From Blasia pusilla (lineage: Eukaryota), in NCBI GenBank assembly GCA_050084515.1, contig CM114271.1:30132001-30196000 (forward strand): a stretch of 64,000 nucleotides of DNA. Direction: 5' to 3'. Below are positions 50,030-62,306 of this stretch, one piece after another. The stretch's first letter is position 1, and each line of letters begins with the position of its first letter. Made by a program: the position numbers and the translations under genes. The notes below the pieces were generated by a model. The model searched no databases and was not told the origin of the DNA. It was given only the letters and a program-made list of their open reading frames with translations.

Positions 50030-52270
50030 ATGTGTTGGATCTCTTTGGAGGGATCGCCACTGGGTTGGTTGTTATTTTCAAGCATGAGTGCTTGTGCAAT
50101 AGTTTCTATATGTTGACCTTAATGAGGTTGCAAGGCGAGTTTCACTACGATATGTGGTGCACTTTCGCCTCTGTCTCCCCGATTTATTGTCCGTATCCGC
50201 CGCACAAGGATACTAGAGTTCCCTACCAAGGGATAGTTTGTTGTTGGGGGCACAAGACATGAAGCGGGTAGGGACCATTGATTTGGTCATTGCAGGTTGA
50301 CCATGTTATGGCTAGACAAGTGCTCAACGAGGTAGCAAATTAGCTGACACTCCTTTTGGGAGATTATGAGGATCTTGCGACATTGGTAGGAGCACCACTC
50401 ATGTTCTCCGATTTACATCCTAGAGAATGTATCAATTTTGGGCAATTAGAGGTCATTGTGTCGTATAGTAAAATAATCCGCTATGTAAAATTTTGTGTTA
50501 TTAGTGTTAGAGAGAGTTTTATAAGTATTAAGTAGATTAGCTTAGGAAAATAATTTTTTCATGCTTAAACCTCTTTATGGTGCCTCATTTATGCGGGTCC
50601 AACTTTAGGAAAAAAAATTTAATAAATAAGATATGGGAATTTAAAAGTAAAGCGGTGGGTTGGTGTATTATTGAAAATAGAGATAAAGTAGTGTTTGTTG
50701 GTGGCTAGGGTAGTTGGGTAGTTTAGAGGATATAAAGTGCTTGGACAAGATAATATGATATCTACTTGTGTTAAAATGGGATTCAGCAAGCCTTGAGAAG
50801 AAGCCATTTAACACAAGATAAGATTAACCCTATTTTGTATTCTTGTGGATCCTTTTGAGTATATATAAAAGATGGATCTTCAAGGGTTCATCACTTTCAA
50901 CTTCATTTCTTGAGTTTCTCTTTTCACTCTTGAATGGATGACATTGGGTTTGCTTTCTCTTCCAATGAGAGTGGATTACCCTTCTTAGGAGAGTGACTTA
51001 ACCATGATCTATTCTTAGAGAGTTTTCAAGAGTCTGATGTGTGTTTAGATGGTTGTTTGGAAAGACTTGTCATTTTAGGGGAATTCTGGTAATCATAGGG
51101 ATATTGGATGGATTTCGGTTTGTTACTTTTCTAATGAGAGTGGATTACCCCTTTTGGGAGAACAACTCTACATGAATCCATTATTAAGAAGAAAAGAGGA
51201 TGTTTGTCAATCATGGATAGAGGTGAAGCACGAGTCATACTGGATTTTCCTTTTCTTAACCCATACCATGTGAAGGTTTTCTTCGTAGATAGGCATTGGT
51301 TTACTCGTTTTAGAGAGGCATTCATGAATCAGGTTATGCAATCACCAACTTTGGTGATGCTTGCTATTATCACGTATCGAAGGACTTGGGATTATACTTT
51401 ATATATCCTTGTATAAGGATCTAGGGATGTAAATAGGTATGCTAGAGTAGGGTTTAATATTCATTGTGCCAAGCGTAAGTAGTTTACATGGACTACATAG
51501 TTAGGAATTTTGTGGTTAAATGTTATGAAGAAGGGTTCGTCTCCGCACTATCTTGTGTACAAGCGTAAGTAGTTTACATGGACTTCATAGTTAGGAATTT
51601 TGGGATTAAATATTTTGAAGAAGAGATCGTCTCTGCATTATCATTCGTGATTCTTATCGTGAGAGAATTGAGAGTGCATATAGTGATCATGTACTGAATG
51701 GGAGAACTAATTAGAGAATTTACCTTGCATCAATGACCACCGCAAGCGAGACGTTCATCCTTACTCGAAGAAAATCTCTCGACACGATAATGGCTAGTGA
51801 CAAGTGCACATTAGGTGCGTGCCTAGATTGGCCCAACAATGATTTTGGATACGTGTAGTTTCACGAGCACATTGCTTACGTCTATGGTGGACCAACTTGA
51901 TGCCACACTAGGTGTTACAAAGAGCGTATGTGAGAGTGGAGCATCCCTCACATTTATTGATGGATTATGTTCTAGATTTGGGTCATCAATCATAGGCAGT
52001 GAGGTACAATGATCGATCGTCATTGATTGTGGTCAACAAGATTGGGATGTCGTTGGCAACCTTTCCCACTTTTGTGAGTTTTCATGCTTCCTATGTCTAC
52101 AAGGAAGCCAACTTGGCTTCGTTTGGGATGAACTGGCACAAAGGTTGATGGAGCCCAATACAAATGAGTGAGAGCGCGCGATGGGATTTTCCACAAAGTG
52201 ACAGCAGTACCATCACTATCAGAGGCTTCACGGCGTCGTGTTTTGGGTTAGGCAAAGGACCTAAACTACC
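50030..52270 (+). pseudogene. DNMT3-like methyltransferase domain of copy B, split by a solo-LTR-like insertion
   Basis: VLDLFGGIATGL (50032-50067), GTIDLVIAG*PC (PC 50301-50306) and YILENV (about 50414-50431) precede the insertion. LRLWWTNL (about 51876-51899), EPNTNE*ERAMGF (52152-52190) and RRVLG*AKDLN (52233-52266) follow it. Confidence 0.88.
50459..51784. mobile_element. About 1.3-kb AT-rich solo-LTR-like insertion with TGTCG...CGACA ends
   Basis: It interrupts the DNMT reading frame between motifs VI and VIII. Terminal 5-7 bp inverted repeats, a TATA-like tatatataaaa near 50860 and internal duplications (aatgagagtggattaccc x2; caagcgtaagtagtttacatggac x2). The TSD is not clean. Confidence 0.65.
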
Positions 52271-54833
52271 TAACTTGGATAATCATCTTAGGAATAGTTA
52301 AACAACGTCGAATGAGGTTGCAATAGGTCACAACTGCATGTTGCATTGCTGAGCCCCATGCCTACCAAGATGATTGAGGCAATGGCTAGGGGCAAGGTCC
52401 GAGGAGATCAATACACCAAGGATGATGAGAAGAGATACTCTTGGATTTCTAGGGATGTTTTGCAAGCTCTCCAAGAGATGATATTCATCACGTGGAAGGG
52501 ATGAGATTTTGGAGTTGGCTGCAAAGAGCATGAGCAACATCTAGATGAGTTATTTCAACGATTGCAGGAAAATGGCATGAAACTACATCTAGGCAAGTGC
52601 ATGTTCTACTACGACCAGATTAAGTACTTGGGTCATACAATATACCCAAATGGCCTTGGTGTTCAAGAGACAAAGATAGAGGCTATCTCATACATTCCAC
52701 GCCCTACAAATATGACTCAATTTTTTGCATCTATTTGGTTAGAAAAATTCAATCGATTGTACGTATATAAAGGGTTTTAGTTTGACTGCAAAACCACTAA
52801 CGTTTCTGACCAAGATGGATCACGTGAAACACTAGGGGGATGAGCATAGGAGAGCATTTGAGTTGCTCAAGGACAGGTTGACCTTCACGCCTATACTTGG
52901 GAGACCTATCAAGGTGCGTCCTTTCCAATTACATACAAATTAGAGTGTGTAGGGGCTTGGAGAAGTGTTCACCCAATATGATCATGAGGGTAGAGAGTTT
53001 GTGGTGGCCTACGCTAGTCACTCAAGAACCCTCGTATGAGCTATATTTTGTTGTTGAGGCAAAGTATAGCACATATGAGGCTAAGTGTTTGACTACAATG
53101 TGGGCTATTGCACATTTCAAGTGTTATTTATTCGGTAATACAGTTACCATGATTATTGATCTTCAACCATCTTAAGTGGTTCACAAGGAAGTTTGTGAGA
53201 TCACCTCTAATGTTGCAAGAATATGACTTTTAGGTAGTACATTGACGTAGGACGTTCAACCAAGATGCAGATTGTTTAAGTCGTAACCCATGCCCGAGTT
53301 AGCAAGATGCGACTAGAGCTTATTGGCATGGAGAGAGTGATGAAAAAATGGTGTCTAATTGCCTCACGTCAGTCTATTTGAGGTTGTTGGCTATGGAGCG
53401 CTAGAGTGGTGAGACTTTGATGGCGAGTTCTGATGGAGAGCCCTTAGATCCAAAGGTCGGTGAGGAGGTAATATGTGGCCAAGATATCCACAAGGATTTA
53501 GTCTTGGAGTACCTGCATACTAGCAACATCCTGAGCACAATAGGTACTAGAGAGCGGGGTTGGATTCTACAACAAGCCTGCCGATTTTGATGGGAGGGGA
53601 CGTATGTGTTACGAGTTTGGGAGGATGATAGAGTACGTATAGTGCTTCATCCTTCGTAGAGAGCACGTTTGGTGCAGCATGCCCACAAGGAGTTGGGTCA
53701 TTTTAGAGTGAAGCCGATGTACAACATGCTCCATATACACTATTGGTGGTAAAGCATACAGACTGATGTTCAACAGTTTGTTTTCCTGAGCCTAATGCAT
53801 GGTGTGGGATCCAGTTTGGACATCATTCAATGCTCCAACTCCACAATTGCATCCATGTTTGATCATGGGTTAAGGTTATAGATGGAGTTTCGATTTTGCA
53901 AGAATGTTATCTTTGATAGAGCGCCATAGTCGTTATGGTAATGGTCGAGCACTTCTTGAAGTGGATAGACTTGGTTGCATTGCTAGACAAAGCGAGTAAG
54001 GAAGTAGTGTATGCCTTCGTAGATCGAGTGTTGAGCCATTATGGCATAGCAACTAATGTGTTGACAAACCAGAGGAGAAAATTTCACGGGGAATTTCAGA
54101 CCTTATGTGATTAGGCACGCATTGACCATCACACTACTTTACAAGATCATCTTGAGACGAATGGATAAGCGGAGAGTGCGGGATATATTTCCATCTAGTA
54201 TACTCTCATTGGAGAGACAAAATGGAATGGTTTGGAAGGACCATGTGCATAACTGTGCACTATGTCATGTTCTTAGCATTGATGATATGATTGATCGGAG
54301 CTTAGTAGTAGTTCCAATAGGCTTCCGTTGTATGTTATGTGGGTATGCCTATGGTGTAGCTACTATGCTAGTTTTTTATGAGTATTTGAGAGGGTGACAC
54401 ATAGTATGTTTGAGGCTATCTCTTACTAGGATTCGTCCATAATGATGGATGTGTCCCAGATATACACATTATAGATACTAGGTAGTCATAGATCCACACT
54501 TGTGTTTGTGACACATGTCTTGCGCATACACATTGCTACACAAAATACATCGTTGTCACCAAACACACACACACATACACACAAACACGCACAATCCCAT
54601 GCTAACTCATGGCATCCAAACAATGAGACAAGAAGTACCAAAATATCTCCAATCGCCCCCCTAGCTTGTGGTTAGGTCCCTCTAACTCCAGATAGTCATA
54701 TATCCCTACCTATCATGACATACATCTCTCGGACGCTAAGAGCAAGAAGGTCGGGTGCTCATGTGGCCCCATCGTTAGTCGTCTTCTTGTCATCCATGTC
54801 ACAAACACAAGTTGGAATGTAGAACTACCTACT

Positions 54834-54985
54834 CTATGTACATCTAGGACACATCCATTGTTCTTGAGGAACCCTAGTGAGAGGTGGTATCAAGCATGCC
54901 ATATGCCATCCTCTCGAACATCCATCATAGACTAGCATAATGGCTGCACCACGACCAATACCACACAACATACATCGCAAGCCTG
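54834..54985 (-). other. PHD zinc finger at the integrase C-terminus of copy C
   Basis: CMLCGIGRGAAIMLVYDGCSRGWHMACLIPPLTRVPQEQWMCPRC is a C4HC3 PHD pattern with one C>Y substitution, followed by a stop. Confidence 0.9.
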
Positions 54986-57329
54986 TAGGAACTATTGCTA
55001 AGCTTGAATCAATTGTATTTTCAATGTTCGGAAGGTGACACGGCACACAGTTACGCACATGGTCCTTCCAAACCATATCATCACGTTCCTCCAATAAGAG
55101 AACACCTTATGGCAAAACCTCATGCACTCTCAAGATGGTGCGCCTTGCAATCACATCCAACGTCGTGGATGCCGTCTGTTGCAAGTAGACATAGTCTTCC
55201 TAATGAAACCTCCAGATAGTAGATCGATAACCATCCCCCCCTCCCCGCGAATAGTCGCATACCTCAATGAATCTCGATGTTGCGTAATCGCCAAGTTCTC
55301 AAACGCCATGGGCATCACTCTCCCAAACAATTCATCCCTCTGAGAACATGCTTGCATCCTTTCATGAGGGTCATCAAGGTTCAACACCTCACCAATATCT
55401 CGACGAATGGCCGCAAGTAAATCTGGTTCTCGGCCATACAAAAGCAAGCACAGTGAGAAAGACACGAAGGATGCTTGTCTGCAGAATTTGTATCCCATCG
55501 CCAACCACGAAAATAAGAGGTCCCAATCTCCTTGGTGACCTTTCTACAAGCCATACTTGCGTTGTCCTCTCTTCACTGTCTATACAACCCACTCTGCTAG
55601 TCCATCCACCTCAGGATGATTTCGCAAAGTAGTGCAGTGGTGGATCAGTGCCTGATCACACAAGGCTTGAAACTCCCCTTAGCACTCTGTACCCTGGTCT
55701 ATCAACACCTTAGCTGGTGCACTGTAATGACTTAGCACTCGATCTAGGAAGACATACGCTACTCCCTCACTCGCTTTGTCAGGAAATGCAAACCAACTCT
55801 ATCCACTTTGAGAAGTGCTCGACCATCACCAACACATACTGACTATGGCGCTCCATCAAAGGCAAAGGTCCTGTAAATTCCAAACTCCATCTTTAACTTA
55901 AACCCATGATCAGTGGATGCAACTGTGGAGTCGGAGCATTGAACGATGCTCGGACTCGATCACACATCATGCATTTAGCAATAAATTGTTGAACGTCAGT
56001 CTGCATGCCTCGGCTCCAATACTAAATCTAGAGCAAGATGCACGTCCGCTTCACTCCAAAATGGCCCAACTCCTCGTGGGCATGACGCACCAAACGTGCT
56101 CTATACAAAGGATGAGGCACTACACACACTCTACCATCCTCGTACACTCGCAACACATGTGTGCCCTCCCACCGAAACCGTTTGGCTCGCTGTAGGATCC
56201 GATCGCGCTCTCTAGAGCCCACTATGCTCGCAACGCTGCCAATACGCAGGTACTCCAAGACCACTCCATCATTCTGAATGTCTCGGCCATCTGTCGTCTC
56301 CTCACCGACTTCTAGATCTAAGGACTCTCCATGGGATCTCTCCAACGAAGTCTTAGAAATCTTGCTCTCCATAGCCAACAAACCCAAATAGGCTGACGCA
56401 TGCCATCCTGGCACCAACTCCTCATCACTCTCACCATGCCAATGAGCTCCAGTCGCATCTCGCTGATTCGGATCTGGGTTACGACTCAAACCATTAGACT
56501 CTCCATCAAACCTCGCCATCGAAGTCTCAAAAATCTAACTCTCCATAGCTAACAAGCCCAAATAGGCTCGCCAAATAGGTTGACACATGCCATCCTAGCA
56601 CCAACTCCTCATCACTTTGTCTGCCGATTGATAAGTCGGTAATCTCCATACATATGCCTATCAATCTAGTTGCCATGCACATCTTTCTTGGCGGGTATGA
56701 CACTGGAAAATGCATATTCTCCATGCGACATCTCTACTAGTCCTCCGAAAACCAAGTCTTGGCTCCTACTCCGAATTAGAGCCCTCTCCATGTCACTATA
56801 CCTATAGGGTTGACGAAAGATTGTCGTGTCATTCGACAACTCAATGCGGATGTCTGGCCCCTTGAGCGTACCCAAATCCTGCATACTAAATGCAAAACAG
56901 CTCCTATAACTCCTAAGGAAGTGGTGTATCCGACATTGCTCTTCTCTTGTTAACTAAGGGCCCATATTTGGCTCCCAAGTCTCCATAATGACTACGGTAG
57001 GACTCTCCGGCGTGGATGTCGGTGGTTGCTATGGTGCAACCCCGTGTCGGACAACAAAACTCGAGTACTCCCCTACAACCAATTGCAAAATCGGATCTCC
57101 ATGTGCAGTCCCCGAAACCACGCTCGATGCTGTGGCTACCATCTCCTAGCGTACCTGCAAAACATCCCAAGAAGTCCAAGGGGTTCTCTCCCGATCACCC
57201 CTAGTGTGTCGATAGCTCGGGTCTCGCCCCGAGCCACTGCCTCAACCGTCTAGGTAGGCATTGGGCTCACCAACACAAATTTTGTGATCTGTCGATGTTG
57301 GTCAGCTACTCCTAAGCTGAAAATCCATG

Positions 57330-58260
57330 TGAAGCACTTTAGGTCCATCACCTAACCTAGGACATGACGTCGTGGTGGCTCTGAGAGCGACAGTACTGCT
57401 GTCACTCTTGTGGAAAATCCCATCGCTCGCACTTGCTCATCGGCGTTGGGCTCCAGCAACCTCTAAACCTGGTCATCCCAAACCAAGCCAGGTCAGGCCT
57501 CCTTGAATGCATAGGAAGCAGGAAAACTCACCAATGTGGGAAAGGTTGCTTATGGCGTGCCAATGATATTGACTATAATCAACGGCGGTCCATCATCGTG
57601 CGCGACTCCCTGTGATCGATAGCCTAGATCCAATATAGAATCCACTGACAAATCGGAAGGACACTCCTCTCTTGCACAAGCCCTCCGCAACACCTCATGT
57701 GGTACCAAGTTGGTCCACCAAAGACGCGGGCGATATGCTTTAGAACCTACTCGCACGGTATCTAACAACATTGTGGGGTCGATCCATGGGAGCACTCGAT
57801 GTGCACTCATCACCACGCGGGACCTCGAATCGCCCAAAATTGGCACATGCTCCAAAATGTATGCTAGAGAACAAGGCTAATGCTCCTGTAAATGTCGCAA
57901 GATCCACATCATCTCCCAAAACAACCTAGATCGAGTGTCAACTTACCCGCTACCTTGTCTAACACTCGATTGGCCCTGACACCGCCAACTAGCAATGACC
58001 AAGTCTATGGTCCCTATCCGCTCCAAGTCTTGCACCCCCAACAATGAAATATCTCTAGGTAGGGAACTTTGGTAACCGTGAATGGCGGACGCATACTACA
58101 AGTACGGAAAACGGAGCCGTAATTTCACCACATGGTGAAGTCAAGCGTGCCTCACAACATCATCATTCTTCACATATAGATATTGCTACACATGCACTCT
58201 AGCATGCAAAACAGTAGCTAATCCATTGCAAATCTCTCCAAAGAGATCCAACACCCGAAT
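57330..58260 (-). pseudogene. DNMT3-like methyltransferase domain of copy C (contiguous, with stops and frameshifts)
   Basis: IRVLDLFGEICNGL (I), GTIDLVIASWRCQG (IV; Cys at 57979-57981), LFWEMMWIL, YILEHVP (VI), PTMLLDTVRVGSKAYRPRLWWTNL (VII/VIII), EPNADEQVRAMGF (IX), RRHVLG*VMDL (X). Confidence 0.9.
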
Positions 58261-61227
58261 ACCCTCCTATGGGATGCTCCACAGAGTCGGCATTTTGCCG
58301 ATTCTTGGGCTGTTGCCTAAGATAATCTACGTGTCTCCGGGATGGTGTCCAAAGGGGTCATAGCAACACTCTTGCCTACTTGGGATTCCTCTGAACTGTC
58401 ACACTTTAGTGCAAACGTCTCGCTCCACGCAATCTGCACATGCTCAATGGCTAAGCGTCGAAGCTCCTCAATCAAGCCCCAAAGCGGCACCTCTCCTCCA
58501 CAGACTAATGCGGCTACCATGACACCCCTCTCCATAGAAATGTCAGGAATGGGAGTATCCTCTGCATGAATATGACCCTCAATCAAATCACTAGGCCAAG
58601 TGATGGCACTGCTAAATGCTGCTAAGATCGCCATCTCTCTTGGTCGTCGCTCGATCACTACACTTGTGAATCGAACGAGAATTAAGCTAAGGCGTCCATC
58701 ACATGACTGCCATCATAGTCTGTAGGATGCTAATTCCTCCTAGTAATCCAAGGAAAACCCCATCGGGTATAACACTGCTCCACCAACCAAGACGTCGTAG
58801 GACTCTTCATCAGTCATTATCGCCTTGGCTCGCACCACGGACTCATCTGTAGGATGTCCCGGGAAAATCCTCACCACGACCTCCTGTCGGGTGATATACT
58901 ATGTGATACTCCCTCCATCCAAGGAAGTTTGTATCCGAAATGGACAACACTCCACATCGGCTCTCGTCAAGCCCAATCCTTTGAACGACGCTTTTCCCAA
59001 CATCAAGGGTTGCGCTCGTGAATCCAACAAGACGCCCTGGGGACTAAAAGCTCTACCTCTTGGACTTACCAACTGGAAGACCTCTCCCCGGTTATCCAGC
59101 AAACCAACACCATGAGAAGCCATGGCACGCTCTATTGCGGGTCTAGCGGGCATCTCTGCCATCCTAGCAGCCGCAGCCTGCCATGAATCAGACGTGGATG
59201 GCCCGAGCATCAGCTCCAAGGGTAGGTCCATCACCTCTGAACGTGATGCAAGAACTCCAACTCCACGCTCACATAGCGTAGCGGCCAACCGAAAAACCTT
59301 GGCGGACGTACCTTCCAACGTCATAACATCGGAAGGAGAAAATAAAAGAGCGCGGTATACAACGGTGGCCGCCCCCAACAACGTGCTCGACACATGCCCC
59401 TCTTGAGCATCAACAATAGGAGTCGTCGCACTCGCTTCTCCCATCGCCCTCCGTGCCTGCGTACCAACTCTCGAGGAACTATGATCAAGACCCATTGACG
59501 GGGTCCTCATCGCCTCAAACAACGTGAAAGATTGAGGAAGCGTGGCCTATTTCCTGTCTTCCCCTCGCTGTGGATCCAACTCCATGCGTCACAACTTTGG
59601 CGGCCTCCATCTGGGCAACCACGCACATCCAATGAGGATCCTCCATATCTTGGCTGCTCCATATGGTGTCGATGCCACGGATCTGGCATCAAGTAACCTG
59701 AATGCCATAGCGCTAATCTGCTCATGAAGCTATTGTATTTGAGTAGCCATCCCAACCTCACGCCTGACGTCTCTCTTGACGCGTCTAGGTGGTAGGACTC
59801 TTCTTCCTCCACGGGAAACTCTACCACCCTATCGGGAAACTCCAACTCCTCGTCCCCCAATGGGACCATCTGGTGCACGATCTCTAGGCCCACCCCGACC
59901 GGCTACTCGCTCTGGTGCGCCCTTTCACCCTCGGTCCGGACGTAACTAAAGATGTAAACTTAAACATATGGCGCGTGTGTGACCATACCTCTGACAATAG
60001 TCATACTGATAACCTCCTGGTGCAGCACCATCTCCTCCGCCATGCTGAGGCACACTTCCATGACCCTGACGAGTGCAATCGTGTTGATGATGGGCTCCAC
60101 CACATGACCAACAAGTTATCATAGGCGGCTATTGCTGAGCCGCATATGAAGGCGCAGGTCTCTGTGGCACGGCCTCCCGATATCCTCCCTAAGCTCGTGG
60201 TGCCGCAGTCAACCTATCTCGGAGTCCACGTTGCTGCACACATGGTGCAGTCAATCGTGACTGCTCTCGCCCATAACCCATGGTGGCTACGCTCTCCTCC
60301 GCCATGTTGCGCTCACTGTTCTCGCGGTCCTAAAAACATTTCTTAATGTAGGGGAGGTGTTTATAAGAAGCACCCCCTCCGGTACCCGAGTCTGCAGGGT
60401 CCGGTCCAACATTATGTACCATGATTGGATAGCTTGAGCCTCTCTCACTACTTGAGTGACGTTGATCAATCGGCGCAAGCAAGTGTAACCCTCGCGCAAA
60501 CTCTCACCTAGGCGCCTCTGTAAGTTGTGGATGCTCCGCAACTTCTCCGTTCGTACCCCCTGATAGCTCGCCCTCAACTCAGCAAAGAACTCAACCACGG
60601 GGTTGAACCTAGGACCAACCCAACTGGACAATGCAATTGCTCCAATGTGAATTATCCCTCCTAAAACATCTGTGGTGGAAGAGGAAGAAGCCTCTCCTCA
60701 CTCCTCCTCCTCATCTAGGAACGGCTATGTCCATGAGAGATAGTGTAGGTCATAGTAGAATCGCCATGCCTCAATCTCTTGGGCATATCTATGGGAGAAC
60801 TCGAGGTAATCTTCCATGGGTGCCCCATCTAAATGCTAGAACATATTGTTCCATGTTGTAAACAGGTTGAACTCTCTAGAGTTCCTAACCCGTTGTGAGT
60901 CGCGCCAACTCCTAAACTCCAAGATGAAGTCGTGCAACTGTATTGTGCCTACAACACTTGAGAACCTACGTGGTTCTCTCCCTCGGTTATCCATCTCATA
61001 CGCCTAAGCAGTAGGACTACTCAATGTGAGTGGCAAAGCACTACTCAACTTCTCTATGCCCTCCTCCTCGTACGAAAATGACATAGAAGGAGGTCGAGGT
61101 GGTCCCTCACGTGGAGACCCTTGAAACCTCGCACAACTCCGGATAAACCCTCCAGAGCTACTCTTAGGTCCACTATCTCACCTCTCAAAATCCCGAAAGG
61201 ACGCTGTGATGGCCCTCATGCCCCTTG

Positions 61228-62214
61228 TGTCGCGCCCCTACTCTCCTTGAACGTCAATCTTTAGTGTTGCGGAAGCGTACGTTTAGTAGGTCACAATCTC
61301 ATCGCCAATCTACACCCAAACACACACTCTCGTTAGTCAGGTTTGGGCCAACCAACGTTCCAACCACCAAGTTCTCAACTCGGCGTCTCATCAAGCTCAA
61401 CCTTTCTTAGTTCCCGGTTTCCAAAACATGGCAAGTCCTTCAAGACTTGGTTAGACTTTCTGGGATCCTAAACGGCACTTGCGCGCCTAGCGATCCGAAT
61501 TGTTCAACGGACCTCGTGTGAGTTCCAAACTGAGACCCAAGTAATTGAGTCGCGGGGTGAAATACAAGAGGGATGTCTAAAATCGCCTCAAAAGACTAGG
61601 TGCAGGTTTTCCAACCCAACTCCCAAACTCGCGTTCCGTTCCATGTCCTTGAGCCGCCCCGCGGCGCCCGAAGTGGGGTTTGGGTTCCAAGCACTCTCGA
61701 AGACCTTCCCCATTACTAGTACTTCTGGGGTTCTCCAATAAACCCCCCTTGGAAAAGGAGGGTCGGGCCCTTCATTGTGGCCCTCAACCCGACTCCACTT
61801 ACAGTTGTTTCCGGGTTGTTTCTCAGCCGCTGCTTATGCGTTTGCAAAGATCTTTAGTGCGTTTGAACCGACTTTCCATAAGCCTTCCAACGCACCCTTG
61901 TTTAATCCAAACGCATCTTGGCGCTAAAAGTTATGGTGAAAAATACAGTCGGAAACTCTCAAACGCTAGTGGCGTTCCAAATCCGGATTCTTCCTTTTGG
62001 CAACCCACTTTCTAGACTCGACTTCTTTCAAGTCTCCTTTCGCGCTTGGTCCAGGTTTCTCGGTCGTGACCACAACATCTGAAACGCGAAGCCTTGCTCG
62101 CGTCTCGTCTCTTGTCTCCTTCGAGGCTACTCCAACGCGCAAACCATCTTAGCGTGAGCCCGCTAATGTTCCGATGTTCCGCTTGGCACTCGTTTGGTCA
62201 TGAGGTTCGCGACA
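61228..62214. mobile_element. Solo LTR 1 (987 bp), TGTCG...CGACA, TSD CCTTG
   Basis: ccttg|TGTCGcgcc ... ttcgCGACA|ccttg gives a perfect 5-bp TSD at 61223-61227 and 62215-62219. Confidence 0.92.
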
Positions 62215-62306
62215 CCTTGTGCCCCTCTCATACGATCAATCTCAATCTCGTGAGTAATCCCTCAATCACTCAAACTAAACATGCAGCACTCAATCTACAT
62301 ACTCTC

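Larger units (their letters stand above)
48560..54510 (+). mobile_element. Degenerate Ty3/Gypsy element copy B: linker-PR-DNMT-(RT C-terminus)-RNaseH-INT-PHD
   Basis: Protease QRVLLDSRAQPLMLGK (about 49300-49347). DNMT at 50030-52270. RT C-terminus LQENGMKLHLGKCMF...YLGH (about 52560-52640). RNase H VVAYAS...YSTYEAKCL..WAIAHFKCYLFG. Integrase HAHKELGHF and core (53680-54160). Eroded PHD CMLCG...WMCP (54328-54460). Confidence 0.9.
54520..62300 (-). mobile_element. Degenerate Ty3/Gypsy element copy C, the most complete: gag(2 Zn knuckles)-PR-DNMT-(RT N-terminus)-INT-PHD
   Basis: gag REPRRFS...LHDFILEF (about 60920-60985), FFAELRASYQG...LQRRLGESLREGY, and knuckles CWSCGGAHHQHDC / YDYCQRYGHTRAIC (about 59963-60113). 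Protease VLLDSRAQPLMLGK (about 58992-59033). DNMT at 57330-58260. RT N-terminus IFRQPYRYSDMERALI...GDYRLINRQT (56617-56930). Integrase HAHEELGHFG and core. PHD at 54834-54985. Confidence 0.92.
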
